Shown: positions 8,458 to 16,513 of the stretch, in pieces
How the letters are laid out: the number at the start of each line of letters is the position of its first letter
Position numbering within the stretch: position 1 is the first letter of the stretch
Assembly: GCA_965261025.1 (NCBI GenBank)
Contig: OZ253438.1
Span: 1,230,001 to 1,262,000, forward strand
From: Chlamydiales bacterium
Lineage (GTDB): Bacteria; Chlamydiota; Chlamydiia; Chlamydiales; SM23-39
Length of the DNA: 32,000 nt
Direction of reading: 5' to 3'
The notes under the pieces: model-generated
What the model saw: the letters and a program-made list of their open reading frames with translations, nothing else
The model's database searches: none
Told to the model about the DNA's origin: nothing
Made by a program: the position numbers and the translations under genes

Positions 8458-9494
8458 AATCTTTTAGGGAAGTTTTAAAAAAAGAATCTCTTGATTTTCT
8501 CTATACAGAAGATCTTATTTCTATCCAGTATTTCACGGGGATGCAGGTTTCTAAAGGGGCGCTATTTTTAGCAAAAAAAGAGTCCCGATTTTTTGTAGAT
8601 ACGAGATATCTTGAAAGGGCAAAAAAAGAGAGCAAGATAAAGGTAGAGATTCTTAGTTGGGAAAAAATAAGAGCTTTTTTAGGTAAAAAGAGGAGGATAG
8701 GTTTTAGTAAAGAAAGTTTAACCTTAGAGGCTTTTGAAAAACTGCAAAAACACTTAAGGGGAAAGTGGAGCCCTTCCTCGTTTTTTTCCACAGCAAGAAT
8801 GATAAAAAGTCCCTCGGAAAGGGAAAAGATGAAGGCCTCAGCTGCTTTAAATTATGAGGGATATCTTCATCTTGTAAAAAAAGTGAAAGAGGGAATTTCA
8901 GAAGAGGAGCTTTCTTGGGAGTTTGAGAAGTTTTGCCGAGAGAAAAAAGCGGAGAAAATGGCTTTTGATCCCATTATTGCCTTTGGAGAAAATAGTGCTA
9001 TTCCCCATTGGAGATCTTCTACGAAAAGATTAAAAAAGGGAGAGATGGTTCTGTTTGATCTAGGAGTAATAAAAGAAGGATATGCTTCCGATCTTACTAG
9101 GACTCATTGTTATAAAAAGCCTTCTCCCGCTATGCAAAAGCTGTATAATCTCGTAAAAAAAGCAAAAAAGAAGGTATTGCAGAAGATAAGGTCAGGGGTA
9201 AGAATAGGAGATTTGGATCTTTATGTCAGAGAGATTTTTAAAAAAGAAGGACAGGAAAAGCGGTTCTTACACAGCCTAGGCCACGGAGTAGGTCTTGAAG
9301 TACATGAATTTCCTAAAATAGCCAGTTCCTGCGAGGAAAAAGACTTTCTTTTGCAAGAAGGTATGTTTATTACTATAGAGCCGGGCCTTTATAAGGAAAA
9401 AGAAGCGGGAGTTCGCTTGGAGGATACCATTGAAGTAACAAAACAAGGCTTTATCAATTTATATCCAGAGGAAAAGGGGTTTATAATAGAGTAG
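8454..9494 (+). CDS. pepP: Xaa-Pro aminopeptidase (M24B family)
   Basis: 346 aa with M24 metal-binding blocks: FDLGVIKEGYASDLTRT, HSLGHGVGLEVHE, ITIEPGLY and RLEDTI. Confidence 0.9.
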   Translation: MKSFREVLKKESLDFLYTEDLISIQYFTGMQVSKGALFLAKKESRFFVDTRYLERAKKESKIKVEILSWEKIRAFLGKKRRIGFSKESLTLEAFEKLQKHLRGKWSPSSFFSTARMIKSPSEREKMKASAALNYEGYLHLVKKVKEGISEEELSWEFEKFCREKKAEKMAFDPIIAFGENSAIPHWRSSTKRLKKGEMVLFDLGVIKEGYASDLTRTHCYKKPSPAMQKLYNLVKKAKKKVLQKIRSGVRIGDLDLYVREIFKKEGQEKRFLHSLGHGVGLEVHEFPKIASSCEEKDFLLQEGMFITIEPGLYKEKEAGVRLEDTIEVTKQGFINLYPEEKGFIIE

Positions 9495-11150
9495 ATGTTA
9501 AAAATTCGGCGCACCCTTGTAAAATTTCATTGTATTTTACTTGCCGTAATTTCTTTCCTTTTTTTCACCTTGATACCAATCGGGTATCAGTATTTTTTAT
9601 GCTCTTTTTTAAAAAAACTGTCCTATGAAGAGCCTTCTTTTACTTCTTTTCGTTTATGGGAGAAGGGAAGAGTAATTAAAGAGCAGTTTTTGGCAGGAGA
9701 AAAAATGCGGATTCCTGAAACCCCTTCCCTCCCTCTGGAAGATTTTTTTACTATTTATGCTTTAGAGGGAAAAAATAGGGTAGCTTCTTTCACCCGAAGT
9801 TATGAAAAAGGGGGCTCTCTTTTTCATATAGAGCTCCTCTACTCTTTAAGGGAATGGGATTCTGTTATGAACTGGCTTATCTGGTTCCTTTTTCCTATTT
9901 TAATGGGGCTTATTTTTTTATACGGGGGATTTACCTGGCTTATTATACGAAAAATTACAAGACCTATAGAAAAGATGCTTTTGGCTACGAGACCCTACAG
10001 AGAGGGAAAGATTGAGTTTTTATCCCAAATTTTTTTATCTCCTTCTGAGGAGAGAGATTTTGAGCCTTTAGCCGAAACCTTTAATTCTTTATCAGAAAAA
10101 ATACAAAGACAGGTTCAGGCTCTTTTTATTCAACATCAAGAGAACCAGTCCATCTTGGAATCGTTAAATGAAGGAATTATTTCTTTCAATAAAGAGGGAA
10201 TTATCACGTATGCAAATCAGATTACCTTGCAGCTTTTCGAACAAAGTAGAGAACTCTTTTTATTTCAAAGGTTAGAAGAAACAGAAAACAAGGGCAATAC
10301 GGCTTTATTAGAAGAGTGCAAAAAACTCTACTTTTCTTGCCAAGAAGAAAAAAAGGCCTCTAGCAAGCTGATCACCTTAAAAAAAGGCTCCAAGATCTAT
10401 ATTAATTTACTTGCTATCCCTAAAAAAGAGGGGGTTATTTTAGTTTTACAAGATAGGACATCAGATTTTCGGGTGCTTCAAATGGGAAAGGATTTTATTG
10501 CCAATGCCTCTCATGAGTTAAGGACGCCTATTACTGTAATAAGAGGTTTTGCAGAAACCCTTCAGGAGCATCCTGAGCTTTCAGAAGAGATGAGGCAGGG
10601 GATAATAAAGAAGATTGTCACTACTTCAGAAAGATTAAACGTAATTTTGAAAAGTCTTTTAACCTTAAACGATGTGGAAAATGCTTCCTCCTCTCATTTT
10701 GTAGAATGTGATTTGAAAATTCTAATAAAAAATTGCAAAGCTCTTTTAACTTCGTTGTACAAGAAAGTAGAATTTCATCTGAACCTTTCTAAAGATATTT
10801 CTATAAAAGGGGACGCCGCTCTTTTGGAGCTTGCCTTGATGAATCTTTTAGAAAATGGGATAAAGTATTCTAAAAAACCAGCCCATATTTTTTTACAGGC
10901 AAAAAAAGAACAGGGAAAACTTTCTCTTTCCATTAAAGATCAAGGAATCGGGATTCCCAAAGAAGATATTGCCTACATTTTTGAAAGATTTTATACCGTG
11001 GATAAGGCAAGATCTAGAAAATTAGGGGGACTTGGGTTGGGGCTTTCCATTGTAAAAAATGTGGTAGAAAAGCATGGAGGCACCATTTACGTCGACTCAG
11101 AGGAAAATAAAGGAACCCTTTTTCATTTGCAATTTCCTTGCGATTTTTAG
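9495..11150 (+). CDS. Sensor histidine kinase (2 TM, PAS, HisKA, HATPase_c); no response regulator adjacent
   Basis: H-box FIANASHELRTPITVIRGF, N-box NLLENGIKYS, G1 DQGIGIP and G2 GGLGLGLSIV. PAS-like segment ILESLNEGIISFNKEGIITYANQ. The ATG directly follows the pepP TAG. Confidence 0.9.
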   Translation: MLKIRRTLVKFHCILLAVISFLFFTLIPIGYQYFLCSFLKKLSYEEPSFTSFRLWEKGRVIKEQFLAGEKMRIPETPSLPLEDFFTIYALEGKNRVASFTRSYEKGGSLFHIELLYSLREWDSVMNWLIWFLFPILMGLIFLYGGFTWLIIRKITRPIEKMLLATRPYREGKIEFLSQIFLSPSEERDFEPLAETFNSLSEKIQRQVQALFIQHQENQSILESLNEGIISFNKEGIITYANQITLQLFEQSRELFLFQRLEETENKGNTALLEECKKLYFSCQEEKKASSKLITLKKGSKIYINLLAIPKKEGVILVLQDRTSDFRVLQMGKDFIANASHELRTPITVIRGFAETLQEHPELSEEMRQGIIKKIVTTSERLNVILKSLLTLNDVENASSSHFVECDLKILIKNCKALLTSLYKKVEFHLNLSKDISIKGDAALLELALMNLLENGIKYSKKPAHIFLQAKKEQGKLSLSIKDQGIGIPKEDIAYIFERFYTVDKARSRKLGGLGLGLSIVKNVVEKHGGTIYVDSEENKGTLFHLQFPCDF

Positions 11151-11159
11151 AAAGGATAG

Positions 11160-12002
11160 TCAAGCCTTTTTCCAGGTAACTTGTACTTCTGTTTTTTTAC
11201 TTTTCCCTGAAAAATGGCGCTCTTCTCTTTTGTTTTTGTGGGAGAACAGCAGTTTTTCTAAATAGGGAGAATCTTTACCTACTATAGCTTTGAGTTTTTC
11301 TTCGGTAATAGATAATAGATCCTGCTCTTCCTCTTTTGTATCCCATAGGGCTTTCGCAGAAAAAGAGCCAAAAAGAGCCTCTAACATTTCAAAGCTTATG
11401 CAGGGAAGGCAGAGTAAATCCTCTTTTTTTATGCTGATAAGTTTCAAAATAGAAGGAAATCCATTTGTTGTAGAAGGTTCATAAAATTTAGTTCCTTTTA
11501 GCATTCTGTAAAGAATTAGCTGTGTTTGTTCAGAGGACATTTGTAAATTTTCCCACGAAAAGGAAGAAGTACCTTTTTCTAAAAGACATAGGTGAAGCTC
11601 TTCTAAGAAGGTATCTACTTCTACTTCTTCAAATAAAGGAGCATATACTTTGCTTATAAGTCTTTTAAAAAGAAGAAAGGAAGGGTCTAAAGAGAGGTTT
11701 TTTTTAGTAAGAAAAAAAGAGACGTCCATTTTAGAACAAGAACAAAAAGGAGAGCTCTTTTTCTTTTTTTTATTGCTTCCCTTTCTTTCAGAGCTCCTTT
11801 TTTTAGGAGTAGGAAGGACTTGAGTTCCCGGGGATTTGGCAAAATGAGCCTTGACTTGCTTTTCTAAAGCAACGTTATGCGCTTCTAGATAGCCTGCTCC
11901 TGTTTTTTTTACTAAAGAAGCATTTGATATTTCGTAAAAGCGAGAAGCTCTTTCTAAAGAAAGAAGAAGGAGAAGGAGAAAAACAAATCCTAAAATACTC
12001 AT
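11160..12002 (-). CDS. Hypothetical protein with a prepilin-like N-terminus lacking Glu+5 (tentatively GspK-like minor pseudopilin)
   Basis: 280-aa ORF that starts 1 nt after the stop of the upstream pseudopilin-like ORF. The N-terminus MSILG|FVFLLLLLLSLERAS has a G-F junction followed by a hydrophobic helix with Leu at +5. There is a Lys-rich low-complexity stretch (KKRSSERKGSNKKKKKSS). The functional call is weak. Confidence 0.5.
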   Translation of the reverse strand: MSILGFVFLLLLLLSLERASRFYEISNASLVKKTGAGYLEAHNVALEKQVKAHFAKSPGTQVLPTPKKRSSERKGSNKKKKKSSPFCSCSKMDVSFFLTKKNLSLDPSFLLFKRLISKVYAPLFEEVEVDTFLEELHLCLLEKGTSSFSWENLQMSSEQTQLILYRMLKGTKFYEPSTTNGFPSILKLISIKKEDLLCLPCISFEMLEALFGSFSAKALWDTKEEEQDLLSITEEKLKAIVGKDSPYLEKLLFSHKNKREERHFSGKSKKTEVQVTWKKA

Positions 12003-12003
12003 A

Positions 12004-12732
12004 TTAAGTGTAGTTTATGGTTAAATTTTTCTGTTTCGGGAAGAAGACAAAGGTTACCTCTGAGCCTTTTTTAGGGCTACAGATCATCTTTATAGCAAGA
12101 GGAAGGCAAGGGTCTGTCTTTGTAAAGGGGACCTCCCACAAGAAAAAATCGTCCTTTTTTTGTAGAAAAAGGACCTGTAGGGTTTCTACGTTTTGTAAAA
12201 GTACTTCTTTACGTACCCTCTTTTGATCTTTTGAGAGGATATGGAGAAGTAAAGCCTTTTCTTCCACTAAAATTTTTCCGTAAAGATCCCCACTAAAATT
12301 AGGATCTGGATCGAGTTGTCCCTGGAAATGAAAAAACAGAGGGCTATTTTTATTGAACGGCTTTTTAGCAGGGAAAAAAGGGCCCTCTTCCTTAAGAGAG
12401 GAAAAAAGTTGATTCATTTTTACCTGAAAATGTTGCCTATATAAAAGGGCTCGCTTTGTCTTTTCTAGCTGTTTATGCATTTTTGTACTTTGTGTAAAAA
12501 AGGTAAAAAAAAAGACAGTTATGATGCTTAGCAAGAAAAAAGCAGAGAGAATTTCAATCAGGGAAAAGAAGCGTTTTACTCGGTTTTTTTGTGTCTTTTT
12601 AAGGTAAAATAGAGAAGAGAAAAAGCCAAAAAGAAGAAAGCAATAAGAGTAAAGAAACGAGGGAAGAAAGGGAGTTTTTGGACTGGTATGATCTTTGAAA
12701 CGGCAAGACTTGCAATAAGGACGCCAGTACAT
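12004..12732 (-). CDS. Pseudopilin-like protein (FSLIEIL N-methyl-type motif plus hydrophobic helix); start codon unresolved
   Basis: Motif KRF-FSLIEILSAFFLLSIITVFFF resembles the GFxxxE prepilin cleavage/methylation segment. The conserved part begins at about nt 12570, just after the OPT stop (12576-12578). The nearest in-frame ATG is 12732 (the track start 12816 is further in), and both lie inside the OPT gene. Confidence 0.5.
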   Translation of the reverse strand: MYWRPYCKSCRFKDHTSPKTPFLPSFLYSYCFLLFGFFSSLFYLKKTQKNRVKRFFSLIEILSAFFLLSIITVFFFTFFTQSTKMHKQLEKTKRALLYRQHFQVKMNQLFSSLKEEGPFFPAKKPFNKNSPLFFHFQGQLDPDPNFSGDLYGKILVEEKALLLHILSKDQKRVRKEVLLQNVETLQVLFLQKKDDFFLWEVPFTKTDPCLPLAIKMICSPKKGSEVTFVFFPKQKNLTINYT

Positions 12733-14432
12733 GCATCTCCTCCAATTAAACCAGAGGCAAATAGAGTCCCCTTTTCCTTGGAAGGAGAAGACTTCGTGAA
12801 AAAAGGGATAATCCACGCCAAAATTCCGCCGAACATTGTAGCACTAGTTAAAGAAAGAGGCAAATAAAGCCCTAAAGCAAAAGGAATAATGGGAACTTTT
12901 AAAAGAAATAAAGCAAGCCCTAAAATACTTCCAATACCCACTAAACCGTAGGGAAGTTTTCCAGAGATTACCCCCTCTGCAATCATAGAGATAAGGGCAG
13001 CTTGTGGAGCAGGCATATTGGAAGAGCCTATTTGATATACTTCATTGAGAAGATATAAGGTGGCTCCCAAGGCAAAAGAGGGAAGAAAAACCCCTAAGAT
13101 TTCAGCAATTTGTTGGGATTTAGGAGTGGCTCCCAATAAAAAGCCTGTTTTTAAGTCCTGAGAGGTAGTTCCAGCCATGGAAATGGTAACACTGGCAACA
13201 CAGCTCATAGTAATAGCAGAGATTAAATAGATTTTTTCTGTCCATCCCAAAGCAACAAAGCAAAGACAGGTAATTAAAACAGTAGTAATCAGCATCCCAG
13301 AAACAGGATTGGAAGTAGATCCTACAATGCCTACTGTGATAGAAGTTACAGCAACAAAGAAAAAGCCTAGAATTACCAGAAGAATGATGGTAAAAAAGTT
13401 CATTGGGAATCCAGGATAGAGCCATAATATAAGGATAATGGAAGTAGAGCCTAAAAAAAGCCATAAAAGGGAGATGTCTTTATCGGTTCTTGGAGAATGT
13501 TTTTTTGTTTTCAATCCACTAAAAAGGGTAGAGATTCCCGAATGGATGCTTTTAAAAAGAAGAGGAAAGATCTTAGCAAGCCCTAAAAGCCCCCCAATTC
13601 CTACGCAACCAGCCCCTATGTAGCGAATATAATTAGACCAGATAGGGTCTACTCCCATTTGAGAAATAGGAACCGAAGAGGGGTAAACAAGAACATTTCC
13701 CTCTCCGAAGATACGAATAAGAGGAATCAGGATCCACCAAGCCACAATCCCTCCTGAAAGCATTAAGGAACAGATTCGAATGCCTACGAGATATCCTACT
13801 CCTAAAAGAGAAGGGGTTGCATCTAGGGAAAAAACTGTTCCATATAAAAAAGGAAGATGAATTGTATAAAATTCATTCCATAGAAATAAGATATTGGAGC
13901 CTACCTTGTATAGAAATCCTAAAAGCAGACCCCAAAGAGATAAACTGGCAGAAGCTTTACTTTTTTCTCCAGACTCAAGGATCTTCGCACAGGCTGATCC
14001 TTCTGGAAAAGGAAGCGTATTGTGCTCTTCGACAATGAGGTGTCTTCTCATCGGGATCATGAATAAAATCCCTAAAATCCCTCCTAAGGAAGAGAGAAGA
14101 AAGATCTGATAGATAGAAGGCCTTTGTTGCAAAAAAAGCAGAGCTGGGATCGTGAAAGTGACTCCTCCAGCTAGAGCTTCTCCTACTGTGGCAATTGTTT
14201 GAGAAATATTTGTTTCTAAAACAGTGCTTTTAGGAGATAAAAGCCGAAAAAACCCCATAGATAAAATAGCAGCTGGGATAGAAGCAGAAACGGTAGTTCC
14301 CACCTTGAGGGCTAAATAAGCGTTTGCTATAGCAAATAAAACCCCTAAAAAAAGCCCTAAAACTAGGGCTTTCAAAGAAAACTCAGCAAGGGACTTATTA
14401 GAGGCAATATAGGGCTGAAATTTTTCTGTCAT
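12576..14432 (-). CDS. OPT-family oligopeptide transporter
   Basis: 618-aa polytopic membrane protein. The layout is typical of bacterial OPT transporters: N-terminus MTEKFQPYIASNKSLAEFSLKALVLG..., many Gly-rich TM helices, and a C-terminal GLIGGDACTGVLIA block. Confidence 0.85.
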   Translation of the reverse strand: MTEKFQPYIASNKSLAEFSLKALVLGLFLGVLFAIANAYLALKVGTTVSASIPAAILSMGFFRLLSPKSTVLETNISQTIATVGEALAGGVTFTIPALLFLQQRPSIYQIFLLSSLGGILGILFMIPMRRHLIVEEHNTLPFPEGSACAKILESGEKSKASASLSLWGLLLGFLYKVGSNILFLWNEFYTIHLPFLYGTVFSLDATPSLLGVGYLVGIRICSLMLSGGIVAWWILIPLIRIFGEGNVLVYPSSVPISQMGVDPIWSNYIRYIGAGCVGIGGLLGLAKIFPLLFKSIHSGISTLFSGLKTKKHSPRTDKDISLLWLFLGSTSIILILWLYPGFPMNFFTIILLVILGFFFVAVTSITVGIVGSTSNPVSGMLITTVLITCLCFVALGWTEKIYLISAITMSCVASVTISMAGTTSQDLKTGFLLGATPKSQQIAEILGVFLPSFALGATLYLLNEVYQIGSSNMPAPQAALISMIAEGVISGKLPYGLVGIGSILGLALFLLKVPIIPFALGLYLPLSLTSATMFGGILAWIIPFFTKSSPSKEKGTLFASGLIGGDACTGVLIASLAVSKIIPVQKLPFFPRFFTLIAFFFLAFSLLYFTLKRHKKTE

Positions 14433-14512
14433 TTTTTTATCTCATGACAGCTTTTTCTTTTTTAGGAAAGAGGTTTTTTACAAGGGCTAAGAGCGAAAGA
14501 GAAGGGGAATCT

Positions 14513-15178
14513 TTAAGGTTTTTTAGCGCACCAGAGAAGATCTCTTCCAAAAAGCCTTTTTAATAACAAGGAAGAGGAGTCCTTTACAGGAATCCAAGGA
14601 AGGATCTTTCCTTGTAGAGGGACGATTTCTATGCTGGGAAAAAATTCTTGTAAAAGGCTTTTTAAACTAAAGTAAGAAAACATACTGACATGGGTTTTGT
14701 CTGTTTCAAATTCTTTACCAAACAAAAACTTGAAACGGTTTCTCATTCGAAAGGAATTAGGGACAGAGCCGATAAAAAGCCCTCCTTTAATAAGGGTCTT
14801 ATGAACTCTTTGTAAGAAAAGGTGGGGATAATAAAGATGTTCTAAGATCTCACAGGCGACGATTACATCAAAAGAGTCTTGCTCAAAAGGCCACTCTCTA
14901 TTTAGATCAAGCCATTTTGTTTTGATAGAAAGAGCTTCTTCAGCTCTTCGTAGAGCTTCTCTATCAATATCCACTCCTAAAACGTCGTTTTCCTTCGAAA
15001 AAAACTGCGTTAGCTGTCCATCCCTACAACCCAAATCAAGTACTTTCTGGGACTTTCCAATCCATTTCTGTAAATAAGGTCCCCTTTTTCCGTGGCAGAA
15101 GAGATAGCCGTACCGTCCTTTACTTTGGTGATGCTGTTGGTACACCTTCTCTAACAAAAGTTTAGGATCATCTTCCAT
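14513..15178 (-). CDS. Class I SAM-dependent methyltransferase
   Basis: 221 aa with motif I VLDLGCRDG, an acidic loop at GVDID, and motif II/III DVIVACEILEHL...LIKGGLFIGSVPN. Confidence 0.8.
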   Translation of the reverse strand: MEDDPKLLLEKVYQQHHQSKGRYGYLFCHGKRGPYLQKWIGKSQKVLDLGCRDGQLTQFFSKENDVLGVDIDREALRRAEEALSIKTKWLDLNREWPFEQDSFDVIVACEILEHLYYPHLFLQRVHKTLIKGGLFIGSVPNSFRMRNRFKFLFGKEFETDKTHVSMFSYFSLKSLLQEFFPSIEIVPLQGKILPWIPVKDSSSLLLKRLFGRDLLWCAKKP

Positions 15179-15219
15179 GAAAACCAGGTTAGCCGATTTT
15201 TTCTTTTTTTTAAAACAGC

Positions 15220-16341
15220 TTAATAGACATCTAAAAGGTATCTCTTTTCTTCTTTCAGCTTTCTTAAATAGTCTTTTGCTTGTTCCTCGTTTGTCCTTGT
15301 TTGTCGTTGGAAGATCTGTAAAAGGGTTTTTTCTACCTCCCTAGCCATTTTTTTTGCATCGCCGCAGACGTAGAAATAGGCTCCTTTTTCTATCCAAGAG
15401 AAAAGTTCCTTTTCCTGTTTCAAAAGCTGATGTTGTACATAGAATTTTTCGGGTTGATCTCGAGAAAAAGCTGTCGAGAGATTTAAGAGCTGTCTTTTCT
15501 CGCATTCTGAGAAGAACGTTTCGTAATAGAAGTGGTGAGCTCTTTTTTGCTCTCCAAAAAAAAGCCAATTTCTTCCAGAGGCTTTTTGGAAAATTCTCTG
15601 CTGTAAAAAAGCTCGAAAAGGAGCTATGCCCGTTCCTGGGCCAATCATAATTATATCTTTAGAAGGAGAGGGAAGGGTAAAGTTTTTTGAAGAGAGAACA
15701 AAAACGGAAAAGCGTGTTTCTCTTATTTTGGCTGTTTTACATAAAAAGTGACTTGCTACCCCTTGCCGTAAAGAGGTTCCCTTTTGATAACAAAGGTGCC
15801 GTACAATTAGGTCAATCCTTTCAGGATGTGTATCTGGACAAGAGGCAATAGAGTAAAAACGGGGGAGTTGTTTTAAAAAAAAGGGGAGAATTTCTTCTAT
15901 ATTAGGGGGGCTTTCAAGGTGTTCTAGTAGAAAATCGTATATTTCATAATCCTGTAGGTAAGTAGGTAGGAAGAATTTTTCTGCTTCTTTTTTCTCTAAG
16001 AGCGCTTTTTTTTTAGGATACATTTTCTCCAGACAGGCTTTACAAAAGGAAGGGGTTACTTTGGTTAAATTAACCCTGTTTTGCAAAAAATCAAAGAGAG
16101 AAAGATCGTCACCCTTTTTGGGATCTCGAATAAATTCGTTGCCTGTAAGCTGCAGGAGCTTTAAAATTTCGTGTATGACAACAGAGTCATTTTGGGGGCA
16201 GATCCCCAGACTATCTCCTACTCGAAAGGACCAATTAGCAGGGGGTCTTTCCAGCTCTATGTGGAAGATCTCTTTTTCAGAGCCTTCTTTACAGAGAAGC
16301 TCTCTTTTTTGGATGTAGGAGGTAAAAAAAGTATGACTCAT
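15220..16341 (-). CDS. CysJ/CPR-type FAD- and NADPH-binding reductase module (no flavodoxin/FMN domain)
   Basis: 373 aa with RFYSIASCP (RxYS FAD motif), MIGPGTGIAPFRAF (NADPH motif), YVCGDAKKMAREVE and the C-terminal RYLLDVY typical of the sulfite reductase flavoprotein / P450 reductase family. Confidence 0.85.
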   Translation of the reverse strand: MSHTFFTSYIQKRELLCKEGSEKEIFHIELERPPANWSFRVGDSLGICPQNDSVVIHEILKLLQLTGNEFIRDPKKGDDLSLFDFLQNRVNLTKVTPSFCKACLEKMYPKKKALLEKKEAEKFFLPTYLQDYEIYDFLLEHLESPPNIEEILPFFLKQLPRFYSIASCPDTHPERIDLIVRHLCYQKGTSLRQGVASHFLCKTAKIRETRFSVFVLSSKNFTLPSPSKDIIMIGPGTGIAPFRAFLQQRIFQKASGRNWLFFGEQKRAHHFYYETFFSECEKRQLLNLSTAFSRDQPEKFYVQHQLLKQEKELFSWIEKGAYFYVCGDAKKMAREVEKTLLQIFQRQTRTNEEQAKDYLRKLKEEKRYLLDVY

Positions 16342-16375
16342 AATGCGTTAAAAACCAGTACTTACAGAGGTAAAA

Positions 16376-16513
16376 ATGAAGCTCCTTCCCCTTTTTTTCT
16401 TAATCCTTCTCCTTTCTAGCTGCGCTGTATCTCCAGGAATGCACCGAAATTACATTATCTCTCAGAGTTTGGAGGAGGCGGAAGAAGATTCTTGCGAAAA
16501 CTCTCAACCTTGA
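16376..16513 (+). CDS. Candidate small lipoprotein (45 aa), not in the supplied ORF track
   Basis: ATG at 16376 is preceded by GAGG (16367-16370). The product is MKLLPLFFLILLLSSCAVSPGMHRNYIISQSLEEAEEDSCENSQP: a signal peptide with lipobox L-S-S-C and an acidic tail. TGA at 16511-16513 overlaps the gltX 3' end by 10 nt (convergent). Confidence 0.4.
   Translation: MKLLPLFFLILLLSSCAVSPGMHRNYIISQSLEEAEEDSCENSQP

Noticed and set aside
11074-11484. Plus-strand ORFs 11074..11265 and 11290..11484
   Set aside because: The first is an alternative frame running off the end of the histidine kinase gene. The second is antisense to the 280-aa minus-strand ORF. Neither has a Shine-Dalgarno or motifs.
13120-14109. 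ORFs 13120..13464 (-), 13438..13623 (+), 13817..14038 (+) and 13894..14109 (+) inside the OPT transporter gene
   Set aside because: They are alternative-frame or antisense ORFs within a well-supported 618-aa transporter gene. The Cys/Tyr/Phe-rich composition reflects frame-shifted reading of Gly/Ile/Leu codons.
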